Positions 1-9,789 are shown, counted from the stretch's first letter. The stretch is DNA of 64,000 bases from Cytophagaceae bacterium (GCA_027488815.1 JAIYAX010000019.1:65198-129197); one strand, 5' to 3'. The notes: generated by a model from the letters alone, not told the origin. Program-made: numbers and translations.

Positions 1-2834
1 GATCCGTTTGACAGGACTAAACGACCTAAGTTCTGGTTGTTCCTCAACACCTGAGCGCTGGGAAAAAGGGCAGAGTCAAGCAATATGGAGTTGATGTCTG
101 TTTCTTCAGTCACTCCTTCTCTTGCGTCACCTTCATTGGCTCCAACAAGGTAGGTCTTGCCATTCACACGGAAAGAGGCTAAAGCGTCAGGTTGAAAAAG
201 ACCTTTCAATCTTGGCCAATTTGACATTCTGATTTGTCCTCCCTGGTCGGAAGCATCCAGTTCATTACCGAAAATGCTATGATCTTTCAGTCCAAAGCTG
301 ATCACTTGCGGATTTCCTTGTAGTTGACCTACAACCCTGGCGCTGTCAAGATCGATCCCGATAAAGGCATTGTTTTCCTGGCAGGCAGCATAAGCAAATC
401 TGGAATCATCGCTGGTGGCGATATACTCTGGCTCCAGGTCTTTGGCAACTGTTGCTCCGGGTCCAAAAATTCTCACGTTTCTGTTCCTAAGCGTGTCAAT
501 CAAAGGGTTCAGGAAAGCAAAGCTTACAGTTCTCACCTGAGCTTGCGTCAAGTTTGGCAAACCACCGCTGATGTCTATGATGCTTACTGAACCTTCCGGA
601 TCAGAGGTATAGCCCGCCGTTGGTTGGCCTTCATTGGCAGTGATGACGTAGCGGTTATTCTTTGTGAAGGTCAGCATGTCGGGCAACACACCAACTCTTA
701 CCTGCTTAACGAAAACTCCGGCAGTACTAAAAAACACCACTGAACCTGCCGAATCGGGTTGTGGATGCTCTACCGCAGCAGCTACAATTCCATTTTGTAC
801 CGCAATAGAATTGATGCCACCGTAAGGCTGCATGTTTACTGTTGCAAATGCCACAGGGTTTGACGGACTATTGAAGTCAACAATATTGATTTCGGAGCCT
901 ATGGAATTGGCAATGAAAAGCCTTCGGGTTGCAGAGTCATACGCCACGATTTCTGCACTATTTTGTCCGGCTACTTTATTGCGGAAACTGCTTACAAGTG
1001 AAAGACTGATTTCTCCTGTAGCTGTTGGAGCAAGCTTATCATTATCAATGATGTACAAAGTAGCCAATGAGTTTGACGGTGGCACTATGGCATTGGATAC
1101 ACTTGTTAATCTCAGCACCAGATACTCATCGGCCTCAGGTGTGTTGTCTGCAAGCAGGTTGAGGCTAATCGGTGCAATAGTGCTCGATCCAGGAGGAATG
1201 TTTAGAGTTATCGGACTGAAATTAAAATCCTGCCCCTGAGTGGCTGTACCATAAACTGTTGAAAGCTGTACCAACACCTTTGACGTATCGGTAGAAGTTC
1301 CTGTCATATTGAAACCAATACTAATTGAGCTGTTTGCTTCAGCCCCTGAGAGTACCAGGGCAGCGAAGCCTATTTCTCTGCTACTTGGGGGCAAGTAAAT
1401 ACCGGGCGAGGCAAAAACTGTATTTGTTCCCACTACTTTTCCGGTGTTGGTGACAGAGGCTCTCCAGTTTTGAGGAATATTGTTATCCGCTGTGGCATCA
1501 ATCAGTTCAAGAGAAGGGCCTGTACCATCAGGTGTCGTAGGCCATGGAGCTGCATCATCATAGTTTACGCTATCCAGCACTCGCTGATGAAAGTTGCGTA
1601 GGGTAATGATTTCACCACCATTACTCAAAGCGCCCTGAAATGGATAAAAAGTAAGCCCAGATCCATAAAATGTACGGGTCAATGCCGTATCAAAAGCAAA
1701 TAATACCAGTCCGCCAGGTGCCAGTGTTATGGCAGGGAAGGTCCCAGAAATTCCATCTGAAAACCTAAGCCCACCAACAGGTAAAGGGCTGGAACCTCTG
1801 TTGTACACCTCAATGAATTCCAAACTATCAGAAGGAAGCGCTGAGCCCGGGTTATACATGATCTCGCTGATCAGCAGATCATTGCCAGCATAGGCGTTAT
1901 AAAGTAAAACGGGAGATACAAAAGGTGTGCTGAGAATAGAACTGTCTGCAGCAATTACATTGTTGACTGTCAATGTATAGGGCTGGCCATTAACTAATCG
2001 AGTAGCTACTGAAAGTTGTAATTGTACTGTTTTCGTTAAGCTGTCGTAAGTGGCCTGGGTGATGGTTCTTGAAGGAGTAAAACTGTAGTTGGAAATAGTC
2101 TCAACGCTGCTTCTCCTCATGTTTTTGTTGAATGTAACTTGTACTCTCAAGCTATCAGTTGGAGATACCTGGCTGATTTGAGGTGGTAAGATACCGGCTC
2201 CTAAAGCCTGACCTTCCATCACCATATTGTCAAAACGGTTATTTCCGCTGCCACCGGAAGCGTTCACTGCAAATCTCACCCTGAAGACAAACTTTGAGTT
2301 GTTGTTCACCAGAGGGATTGAGCTGAAGTTAAAAGAATATGTTGTGAAAAGTGGAGAAGGCTGTGGAGTTAACACCGTTGTGCTCAAGCCGGCTGAGGTA
2401 TAGGTAACTCCGCTATCCAGGCTGTAATCAACCAGCTGCTGCTGGGCTCCCTGATTGGTGCGAGCTGCCGCATAAGAAAAAACAATTTGCTCATAGCCAG
2501 TGGTAGGCAAATAGATCAAAAACTGCATGCTATCCGATGGATTTCTTGGCCTTACTGCATTACCGGCAATGGTTCCAAACCGGTTATTCTCGGTTGAGCC
2601 TTCCCCCGGAGCACCATCAAATGCACCCCCAGCATAGGCCGCAGAGGCTCCCGGCTGCTTTTCATAGCGCATAAATGCCCCCGGAAGCACGGTGCTGTCA
2701 GGTGGCAGGTTTACGATCTGAACGTTGGCTTGTATGTTTGGACCATTAAAGTGCCAATAGTGTATTACAGTTTGGCTGTAACCAGTCGAAAGTAAAAAGG
2801 TAAAAAACAGAGAGGTGATTAACTTAGATCGCAT
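1..2834 (-). CDS. Secreted multidomain surface protein, C-terminal part cut by the window edge: signal peptide, Ig-like region, lamin-tail domain (LTD), Calx-beta domain, choice-of-anchor-I-like beta-propeller region
   Basis: Absent from the ORF track because it runs off the edge. The reverse frame is open from ATG (2834-2832) to base 1. N-terminus MRSKLITSLFFTFLLSTGYSQ is signal-peptide-like. LLISEIMYNP..LEFIEVYN..GGEIITLRN matches LTD. GTATQGQDFNF..EADEYLVLRL matches Calx-beta. AEIVAYD..RLFIANS..ANEGQP resembles choice-of-anchor I. Confidence 0.8.
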   Translation of the reverse strand, partial: MRSKLITSLFFTFLLSTGYSQTVIHYWHFNGPNIQANVQIVNLPPDSTVLPGAFMRYEKQPGASAAYAGGAFDGAPGEGSTENNRFGTIAGNAVRPRNPSDSMQFLIYLPTTGYEQIVFSYAAARTNQGAQQQLVDYSLDSGVTYTSAGLSTTVLTPQPSPLFTTYSFNFSSIPLVNNNSKFVFRVRFAVNASGGSGNNRFDNMVMEGQALGAGILPPQISQVSPTDSLRVQVTFNKNMRRSSVETISNYSFTPSRTITQATYDSLTKTVQLQLSVATRLVNGQPYTLTVNNVIAADSSILSTPFVSPVLLYNAYAGNDLLISEIMYNPGSALPSDSLEFIEVYNRGSSPLPVGGLRFSDGISGTFPAITLAPGGLVLFAFDTALTRTFYGSGLTFYPFQGALSNGGEIITLRNFHQRVLDSVNYDDAAPWPTTPDGTGPSLELIDATADNNIPQNWRASVTNTGKVVGTNTVFASPGIYLPPSSREIGFAALVLSGAEANSSISIGFNMTGTSTDTSKVLVQLSTVYGTATQGQDFNFSPITLNIPPGSSTIAPISLNLLADNTPEADEYLVLRLTSVSNAIVPPSNSLATLYIIDNDKLAPTATGEISLSLVSSFRNKVAGQNSAEIVAYDSATRRLFIANSIGSEINIVDFNSPSNPVAFATVNMQPYGGINSIAVQNGIVAAAVEHPQPDSAGSVVFFSTAGVFVKQVRVGVLPDMLTFTKNNRYVITANEGQPTAGYTSDPEGSVSIIDISGGLPNLTQAQVRTVSFAFLNPLIDTLRNRNVRIFGPGATVAKDLEPEYIATSDDSRFAYAACQENNAFIGIDLDSARVVGQLQGNPQVISFGLKDHSIFGNELDASDQGGQIRMSNWPRLKGLFQPDALASFRVNGKTYLVGANEGDAREGVTEETDINSILLDSALFPSAQVLRNNQNLGRLVLSNG

Positions 2835-2936
2835 TTTAAAGTCGTTGTTGTTCAGTCAAAGGAAGTTATATGATGTTAGTAGACTATTCCCCATATGTTA
2901 AGTTATTGTTGTGAGTTGACGTTTTTGATTTAATTT

Positions 2937-2950
2937 ATGATCTAGATCAT
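2937..2950. promoter_or_regulatory. Perfect 14-bp palindrome ATGATCTAGATCAT, candidate operator in a divergent intergenic region
   Basis: Self-complementary 14-mer read directly. It lies about 50-75 nt upstream of the cupin-LysR operon start and about 100 nt upstream of the divergent surface-protein gene. Confidence 0.35.
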
Positions 2951-3025
2951 GGCATAAATTGACCGGACTTGACTAGCTTCGGCAATTCAGTAAAGCGTAT
3001 GTATAAAACCTATATCCTGTCTACT

Positions 3026-3373
3026 ATGCCATTTGTTGTACCAACCACGGATGGCAAACTGATTGAGGAATTCTTTGGCATGGCAACTCAGGGAGAGTCA
3101 GCCTTCAGTGTGGCTCATATGAAAGCTCCTGCAGGTTGGTCTGAACCTCATCAAACTCCTGATTTTGATGAAATTACCATCATGATCAAAGGAAAAAAGA
3201 GGATTGAATTTGAAAATGAAACAGTCGAACTCTCCGCAGGTCAGTGCATTTTGATTAAAAAAGGGACAAGAATCCGTTACTCAAACCCCTTTGAGGAAGG
3301 GAATGAGTACTGGGCCATCTGCTTCCCTGCATTTACCATTTCAGGAGCAAATCGTGAAAACTTAATGCTCTGA
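3026..3373 (+). CDS. Cupin-domain protein
   Basis: ORF 2969..3373. ATG candidates at 2999 and 3026. The cupin-like core is HQTPDFDEITIMIKGKKRIEF..VELSAGQCILIKKGTRIRY. Confidence 0.6.
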   Translation: MPFVVPTTDGKLIEEFFGMATQGESAFSVAHMKAPAGWSEPHQTPDFDEITIMIKGKKRIEFENETVELSAGQCILIKKGTRIRYSNPFEEGNEYWAICFPAFTISGANRENLML

Positions 3374-3376
3374 GAA

Positions 3377-4324
3377 ATGCAATTGATTCAACTGGAATAT
3401 CTGCTTGCACTCGATACCTACCGAAGTATTGATCAGGCTGCGGAAGCTTGTTTTGTAAGCGAAACTGTGCTTCGAAAGCAAATCAAGAAATTAGAAGATG
3501 AACTTGGAAGGGCGTTATTCGAAAAGAAGGTACCCGGTAAGCCGATTTATCCTACTCCCATCGGGGTATTGATTATTGAGCAGTCCCGATTGATTCTTCA
3601 GGAAGTGAAGCGAATGAAAGACATCATTCAGGATGAAGAAGACCTGCCCAGTGGGGAGCTGCGGCTAGGGATCATTCCTACGCTTGCCCAGTACCTGGTT
3701 CCCTATTTTATAGGGCACTATGCGGCAAACTTCCCTCAAGTCAACCTTTACATTGAAGAGTTGCTCACCGACGATATCATCACCAAATTAAGAAGTGGAG
3801 CCCTGGATGCGGGTTTGTGCTCTACTCCTCTTAAGCTGGAAGGGATCATTGAAAGGCCCTTGTTTTATGAGCGAATGCTTCTTTATGTTTCTGTCGATCA
3901 CCCCTTTTTCGACAGAGATAAAATTAAGCTCAATGAAATCAGTACCGAAGACTTGTGGCTCTTGCAGGAAGGCAACACCTTCAGAACTCAGGTGATGATG
4001 CTGCTTGATAAAAAACAAAGCAATGAAGAGATTAACAGGCAGCCCTTCGAGCGTTCTAGTATTGAGAACCTGAAGTATACCATTGAGCATCAGTATGGTA
4101 TCACCATTTTGCCGGAATTGGCCACCCTGGACTTACAACCTGAGCAAAAGAAAATGGTGAAACGAATCATTTCGCCAAAACCGGTAAGAGAGATAAGCCT
4201 GATAACCCATCAATCCTGCCTGAAATTTAAGTTGATTGAAACCCTATATAAAGAAATAGCCACGAATGTTCCGGAGAAAATGAAGGATGAAAAGCGTGGT
4301 CTCATCGTCCCTGTCAGATTTTAA
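3377..4324 (+). CDS. LysR-family transcriptional regulator, OxyR-like but lacking the redox cysteine
   Basis: N-terminal wHTH LEYLLALDTYRSIDQAAEACFVSETVLRKQIKKLEDELG plus a LysR substrate-binding fold. LLQEGNTFRTQ occupies the position of OxyR LEDGHCLRDQ (aligned by eye). Confidence 0.8.
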   Translation: MQLIQLEYLLALDTYRSIDQAAEACFVSETVLRKQIKKLEDELGRALFEKKVPGKPIYPTPIGVLIIEQSRLILQEVKRMKDIIQDEEDLPSGELRLGIIPTLAQYLVPYFIGHYAANFPQVNLYIEELLTDDIITKLRSGALDAGLCSTPLKLEGIIERPLFYERMLLYVSVDHPFFDRDKIKLNEISTEDLWLLQEGNTFRTQVMMLLDKKQSNEEINRQPFERSSIENLKYTIEHQYGITILPELATLDLQPEQKKMVKRIISPKPVREISLITHQSCLKFKLIETLYKEIATNVPEKMKDEKRGLIVPVRF

Positions 4325-4334
4325 ATGATTGATT

Positions 4335-6251
4335 ATGAATATTATAGCGGAAAGGCTGGTTCCTTTCATTATTCAGCATCCTCCATTTAATTTGTTATCT
4401 ATCGATCAGGTAAACAAACTAGCCGCCTATAGTGAAATCAGGTATCATGAACAAGGAGAGATTTTGTTCAGGGAAGGCGAGCACCCCGGTGATTTCTTTT
4501 ACATGGTACGTCAGGGGCAGGTGAAAATCTACATCGCTTCTGAGCAAAACAGGCTGATCGATCGCTGCGATGAAGGTGATATTTTCGGGGTAAGGCCACT
4601 CATCGCAAAAGAACCCTATTTGGCAACGGCAGAAGTTGAAGAAAACGCTTTGCTCTATGCCTTGCCGGTTACTGTTTTTGAAAGTTTTCTGGATACAAAC
4701 CCAAGGATAAGTCTGTATTTAGCTGCTGGTTTTGCCTCCGGAAAGCCTGCTGCGAGAAAAAACTTTGTTCAAACCTCCGGTGGCTCAGTTTTTTCAACGC
4801 ATCAGCCAAGGCCTTATGAGCAGCTACAGGAAATGTCAAAAATCCGAGCCACTGGAAGCCTGATGACTTGTGGCATGCAGACAAGAATCAAAGAAGCTGC
4901 TCAACTGATGAGCGAGAGCAATAGCAGTGCAATCATTGTAACGAACACCACTCAATTGCCACTCGGAATTATCACGGATACGGACTTAAGGAAAAAAGTA
5001 GCCACAGGTAAGCTTTCGCTTGACTCCACTGTCACAGAATTAATGAATGCTCCGGTATACACTATTGACAAAAATGCAAACAACGGAGAGGCCATGGTGG
5101 CCATGATGCAGCGCTCTATTCACCACCTCTGTATCACGGAAGACGGTAGTGCCCAAACCCCCTGCTTGGGCTTGCTATCCGATCAGGATTTGCTGCTCGC
5201 TGAGGGCAGATCTCCGGCGGCTTTGTTGCGTGGCATCAAATCCTGTGGCTCAACATCAGAGATAAGTGATTTGTTGGGTAAAGCGGATCAGTTAGTCTCC
5301 GGCTATATCGACTCTCGTACGCACTCAGCATACATCAGTGGAGTGATGGCTGCAATTAACGACACAGTGCTAGCAAAATGTATTGAGATGGCCATAAACG
5401 AACTAGGCCAGGCACCGGTAGGGTTTTGCTGGCTATCTCTTGGCAGCGCAGGGAGGGAAGAGCAAATCATCCGCACTGATCAGGACAATGCGCTGGTCTA
5501 TGTGGACAAAGAAGCCTTTGGCGATGATTTCTTAAAAACTTATTTTCTTGAGTTTGCCCAAAAAGTCAACGGCTATTTGGCAGATTGTGGCTTTGAGTAT
5601 GACCCTGCCGGAATTATGGCTGGAAATCACCGTTGGTGCAACAAAGTTTCTGAATGGAGCCAGCTTTTTGGTCAATGGATTAAAACGCCAGATGAACAGA
5701 ACATCCTTTTATCGACTATCTTTTTTGATTTTAGAGCAGCGTATGGGGAAAAATCACTTGCAGCAACACTTTCTGAAAACCTCTACAAGGCCTTAAGCCA
5801 ACAGCCAAAGTTCCTTTCATTCATGGCAAAAGATGCGCTTACCAATCCGCCGCCACTGAGTTTTTTCAGAAACTTTTTGGTTGAAAAATCCGGAGAGCAT
5901 AAAGATCAGTTTGATTTAAAGCTGCGAGCCATGCTGCCTTTGGTTGATGCCGGAAGGGTGCTATGCCTTCATCATAAAATAAAGGGAGCTAACAATACCC
6001 CTAAGCGGTTTAGAGCGATTGCTGAACTGGAACCCACACAATCAGAGCTTTTTCTTGAGGCTGCCCTTAGCTATGAGATTTTGGTTGGCATGCGTGCCAA
6101 ATCAGCCATTGAAAACCGGAACAGTGGCCGGTACATTTCTCCAGAGCGCTTTCAAAAACTCGAACGCCAGTCCCTTAAAAATATCTTCGAGATCATAGCC
6201 GAGCTGCAAAAACTGCTTGAAGTAAGATTCCAGCTTAACTACCTGCGATAA
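4335..6251 (+). CDS. Signal-transduction protein with cNMP-binding domain, CBS pair and DUF294-type nucleotidyltransferase plus substrate-binding domain (COG2905-like)
   Basis: ORF 4329..6251, first ATG at 4335. FREGEHPGDFFYMVRQGQVKIY..GDIFG is cNMP-binding. PLGIITDTDLRKKV lies in the CBS region. LGSAGREEQIIRTDQDNALV is the GS..DxD nucleotidyltransferase motif. Confidence 0.8.
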   Translation: MNIIAERLVPFIIQHPPFNLLSIDQVNKLAAYSEIRYHEQGEILFREGEHPGDFFYMVRQGQVKIYIASEQNRLIDRCDEGDIFGVRPLIAKEPYLATAEVEENALLYALPVTVFESFLDTNPRISLYLAAGFASGKPAARKNFVQTSGGSVFSTHQPRPYEQLQEMSKIRATGSLMTCGMQTRIKEAAQLMSESNSSAIIVTNTTQLPLGIITDTDLRKKVATGKLSLDSTVTELMNAPVYTIDKNANNGEAMVAMMQRSIHHLCITEDGSAQTPCLGLLSDQDLLLAEGRSPAALLRGIKSCGSTSEISDLLGKADQLVSGYIDSRTHSAYISGVMAAINDTVLAKCIEMAINELGQAPVGFCWLSLGSAGREEQIIRTDQDNALVYVDKEAFGDDFLKTYFLEFAQKVNGYLADCGFEYDPAGIMAGNHRWCNKVSEWSQLFGQWIKTPDEQNILLSTIFFDFRAAYGEKSLAATLSENLYKALSQQPKFLSFMAKDALTNPPPLSFFRNFLVEKSGEHKDQFDLKLRAMLPLVDAGRVLCLHHKIKGANNTPKRFRAIAELEPTQSELFLEAALSYEILVGMRAKSAIENRNSGRYISPERFQKLERQSLKNIFEIIAELQKLLEVRFQLNYLR

Positions 6252-6252
6252 A

Positions 6253-6933
6253 ATGATCTTTTTTAGACGTCTGTTTCAAACGCAAAAAGAGAAAAGACTC
6301 GAAGGATATTCTGAGTTCTTCGATCAAATGCCCCTTCCGGGTAATACAGCACTGAACAACATTCGTTTTGTTGCTTTGGACACTGAAACCTCGGGATTAA
6401 ATCCAAACACAGACCATATTTTGAGCATAGCAGCAGTAGCAATAAAAAATGGGGCTATCTGCCTTGAGGACTCATTTTACCGGATCATTTCTCATCAAAA
6501 AGCCACCCAAAGCATTAGTATTCATCATATTACTCCAACCGACTCGATGAGTCATGGGGTGACACTTGAAGAGGCCATCGAGGATTTTGCCTGTTGGTTA
6601 AAAGACGCTGTGCTTGTAGGTCACCACGTTGCTTTTGACAAGTCCATTTTATCAAACGCACTCTACAGACACCATGGCCTTAACCTAAAAAACAAAGCCA
6701 CAGATACGGCTTTGTTAGCCATCAGGCTTTTTGAGTCCGGCTTATCCAGAGACCAAATCAAACCTTCCGAATATGGCTTGGATAAATTAGCAGAGCGCCT
6801 TCAAATGCCGATTTTTGAGCGCCACACAGCAGAAGGTGATACATTAACTACAGCGGCTGTGTTTCTCAGCCTTCAACTACTTGCCACAAAAAGAGGCATA
6901 AAAACTCTTGGAAGCCTGCTTAAGTCGGCTTAA
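6253..6933 (+). CDS. DEDDh 3'-5' exonuclease (DnaQ/epsilon-like)
   Basis: Exo motifs FVALDTETSGL, GHHVAFDKSIL and HTAEGDTLTTA. The start is 1 nt after the upstream stop. Confidence 0.85.
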   Translation: MIFFRRLFQTQKEKRLEGYSEFFDQMPLPGNTALNNIRFVALDTETSGLNPNTDHILSIAAVAIKNGAICLEDSFYRIISHQKATQSISIHHITPTDSMSHGVTLEEAIEDFACWLKDAVLVGHHVAFDKSILSNALYRHHGLNLKNKATDTALLAIRLFESGLSRDQIKPSEYGLDKLAERLQMPIFERHTAEGDTLTTAAVFLSLQLLATKRGIKTLGSLLKSA

Positions 6934-7861
6934 CCTCCGGTTGTACCACGTTCATTAAAGAGTCCCGCTTGCGCATTTTGGCGGCAGGAATGCCATACAC
7001 AATTTTAAATCTGCGACAGAAGTAGGCAACATCTTTATAACCAACCCTTTTTGCCAGTTCCCTGATGCTGATCTTGGAAGTGCGCAGCAGGTCGAGGGCC
7101 AGTTCCATGCGCTGGTATTCAACATAATCTTGAGGATTACTGCCGGTTAAAAACTTAAAGTATTGTCCCACGTAGTCTTCTGATACGTTTGCCACATCTG
7201 CCAACACTTTATTGGACAGGTCACCATTCAGATTGTCCTTGATATAGGTGAACAGGTCGATCAATCGTGGGTCTTTGAAATAGGAAGTGTTGATCGCCAT
7301 TTGCTCCACAAACAAATTGGAGTCAAGAATGTACCGAAGAATATCGATCATCAATTGATCGGTAAGGATGGATTGCATACGTTCCTTTCCGACTGATTTC
7401 CGTTGATCTTCTTTGGTTAGCTTGGCAACCAACTCATTGATTTCTTTGGAGTTGTCGATCGAAAAAGGGGGTATTTCGAGGGTAGAGAGAAAGTTGACCG
7501 ACTCGAATATCTTAATATCAAACCTAATGACTGTGATGTTTACCAGACCATCTTCCAAGGGCTGATCTCTAGCTACAGAAACTTTGCTTTTGTTCCCGAA
7601 TACCTCTTCGTTTGAAACTGTAGGTGCATCTGACTTGCCGAAGGCCAATCTCAATCTTTTACCGCTTGGGATGAGAAGTATTCCTCGCTGACTAGCGTAA
7701 TCATTTTCCCAACCGTAAAAGATCTTTCCATTATCAACTCTTATAATCACATTTGAGCTGTCGTAAAAACTTTCCACACAAACAGCAGAAAAAATTGTGT
7801 AGCACTTTTTGCTTACATACCTCGAATTTAATGACTCAATAATTCTATTTAAATCATCCAT
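6920..7861 (-). CDS. AraC-family transcriptional regulator
   Basis: C-terminal double HTH SEDYVGQYFKFLTGSNPQDYV..ISIRELAKRVGYKDVAYFCRRFKIVYG. Confidence 0.8.
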   Translation of the reverse strand: MDDLNRIIESLNSRYVSKKCYTIFSAVCVESFYDSSNVIIRVDNGKIFYGWENDYASQRGILLIPSGKRLRLAFGKSDAPTVSNEEVFGNKSKVSVARDQPLEDGLVNITVIRFDIKIFESVNFLSTLEIPPFSIDNSKEINELVAKLTKEDQRKSVGKERMQSILTDQLMIDILRYILDSNLFVEQMAINTSYFKDPRLIDLFTYIKDNLNGDLSNKVLADVANVSEDYVGQYFKFLTGSNPQDYVEYQRMELALDLLRTSKISIRELAKRVGYKDVAYFCRRFKIVYGIPAAKMRKRDSLMNVVQPEVKPT

Positions 7862-7882
7862 TTAACTTCCCTTTCTATTCGG

Positions 7883-7890
7883 CAAAGATA
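7883..7890 (-). promoter_or_regulatory. Candidate Bacteroidota -7 box (TATCTTTG on the minus strand) for the AraC gene
   Basis: CAAAGATA on the plus strand is TAnnTTTG on the minus strand, about 21 nt upstream of the ATG at 7861. Confidence 0.45.
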
Positions 7891-7905
7891 GGGTAGCATC
7901 TTGGA

Positions 7906-9045
7906 TTATTTCAATAATTCCCGAGAAATTACAATTTTTTGGATTTCTGAAGTACCTTCGTAAATCTGTGTAATCTTAGCATCACGCATGAGTCGCTCTA
8001 CATGGAATTCCTTCACGTAGCCGTATCCGCCATGCACTTGCACAGCTTCAATTGTAGTGTCCATAGCCACTTGTGACGAAAAAAGCTTGGCCATTGCGCT
8101 TGCCTTTGAAAAATCCTGTTTGGTATCTTTCAAATAAGCGGCCTGAAAGCAGAGTAATCTGGCTGCCTCGATGTTGGTAGCCATATCCGCAAGCTTAAAC
8201 TGTATCGCCTGATGTTGAGAAATGGGCTTTCCAAAGGCTTTTCTCTCTTTTGAGTATTTCAATGCTAGCTCATAGGCTCCGGAGGCGATCCCCAATGCTT
8301 GTGCAGCGATACCTATTCTGCCACCGTTCAGCGTGCTCATTGCAAAAGTGAAACCAAAGCCATCCTCACCTATGCGATTGGATTTCGGAACTTTTACATC
8401 AGTGAACATAAGAGAATGCGTATCAGATCCTCTGATTCCAAGTTTTTCCTCTTTTTTACCCACCACAAACCCGGGCATTCCCCTTTCCACTATCAAGGCA
8501 TTAATTCCTTTATGCTTTTTTTCAGGATGGGTCTGCGCAATAACCAGATATACTGAAGCGGTGCTTCCGTTGGTGATCCAGTTTTTGGTTCCGTTGAGTA
8601 AATAGTAATCACCTTTGTCTTCAGCAGTGGTACTTTGAGAAGTGGCATCTGATCCTGCCTCAGGCTCTGACAAACAAAAAGCTCCTACGATTTCACCGGT
8701 GGCAAGTCGAGTAAGGTATTTCTGCTTTTGCTCCTCAGTGCCGAACTTTTCCAATCCCCAACAAACAAGTGAATTGTTCACCGACATAGCCACCGAGGCA
8801 GAGGCATCAATCTTTGAGATTTCTTCCATCGCCAGTACATAGCTAATGGTGTCCATACCACCACCACCATATTTGGGATCTACCATCATCCCCATAAAGC
8901 CGAGCTCACCCATTTTCTTTAATTGCTCCAGAGGCACTTTTTCATGAGTATCTCTCTCAATTACCCCTGGTAATAATTCATTAATGGCAAAATCTCTTGC
9001 AGCATCACGAACAGCAAGCTGTTCTTCAGTTAATTGAAAATTCAT
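7906..9045 (-). CDS. Acyl-CoA dehydrogenase (short/butyryl-CoA type)
   Basis: Full-length ACAD pattern: FCLSEPEAGSD, NGTKNWITNG, QIYEGTSEIQ with the catalytic Glu region. Confidence 0.9.
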   Translation of the reverse strand: MNFQLTEEQLAVRDAARDFAINELLPGVIERDTHEKVPLEQLKKMGELGFMGMMVDPKYGGGGMDTISYVLAMEEISKIDASASVAMSVNNSLVCWGLEKFGTEEQKQKYLTRLATGEIVGAFCLSEPEAGSDATSQSTTAEDKGDYYLLNGTKNWITNGSTASVYLVIAQTHPEKKHKGINALIVERGMPGFVVGKKEEKLGIRGSDTHSLMFTDVKVPKSNRIGEDGFGFTFAMSTLNGGRIGIAAQALGIASGAYELALKYSKERKAFGKPISQHQAIQFKLADMATNIEAARLLCFQAAYLKDTKQDFSKASAMAKLFSSQVAMDTTIEAVQVHGGYGYVKEFHVERLMRDAKITQIYEGTSEIQKIVISRELLK

Positions 9046-9086
9046 AAGGTTTAGGCAGGCTTTATCTAAAAAGAAAGTGTTTTAAA

Positions 9087-9782
9087 CTATTCTCTGCTTG
9101 CGCCAAGATACTGTAGCACAAAGTAAAGAAGTGTTACCAATGCACCCAGTGCGGCAATTACATAGGTAAGTGCTGCTGTATTTAGAGCATCTTTGGCCAT
9201 TTCATGCTCTTTACTGGTTACAATTCCTCTTTTGTCGATCCAGGCCAAGGCTCTTTTGCTGGCATCAAACTCTACCGGCAGGGTAACAAAAGCAAACAAT
9301 GTCATGATCGAATAACAGGCAATGATGATCAAAAGTGCGGTTTGGAGAGGTAAAATGCTCTTGAAGAAGAAAGCACCAAACATCATCATCATAAATACCA
9401 CATTGATCACGGTTGAGCTGATGTTTTGCACTGGTACCATTGCTGATCTAAACTCTAGAAAGGAATAAGCGGTGGCATGCTGTACTGCGTGGCCACATTC
9501 GTGTGCCGAAACAGCGGCAGCGGCAGCGGAGCGTCCATGATACACATCAGGACTTAAGTTAACTGTTCGATTTACCGGATTGTAATGGTCGGTAAGCTCA
9601 CCATCTACTGAAATCACCTTGACATCATAAATGCCATTGTCCCGCAACATCATCTCTGCAATTTCTCTACCTGTGAAGTTGGAAGAGAGACCCATCTGTG
9701 AGTATTTTCTGAACTTGTTCTTCAGTCTGGAACTCACGATCCAGCTTAGGAGCATGATTCCTAATGTAATGACTATCAACAT
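9087..9782 (-). CDS. YugP-like membrane zinc metallopeptidase
   Basis: HExxH motif in AHECGHAVQH, N-terminal TM and C-terminal TM helices, about 230 aa as typical for the family. Confidence 0.75.
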   Translation of the reverse strand: MLIVITLGIMLLSWIVSSRLKNKFRKYSQMGLSSNFTGREIAEMMLRDNGIYDVKVISVDGELTDHYNPVNRTVNLSPDVYHGRSAAAAAVSAHECGHAVQHATAYSFLEFRSAMVPVQNISSTVINVVFMMMMFGAFFFKSILPLQTALLIIIACYSIMTLFAFVTLPVEFDASKRALAWIDKRGIVTSKEHEMAKDALNTAALTYVIAALGALVTLLYFVLQYLGASRE

Positions 9783-9789
9783 ACTGTTT

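Noticed and set aside
6920-6933. Identical 14-nt convergent stop-to-stop overlaps (6920-6933 and 16653-16666) of the form TTA-N8-TAA with partial dyad symmetry. I considered them as shared terminator or regulatory hairpins.
   Set aside because: The symmetry is largely forced by two opposing stop codons. The potential stems are only 4-5 AT-rich bp with no flanking T runs.
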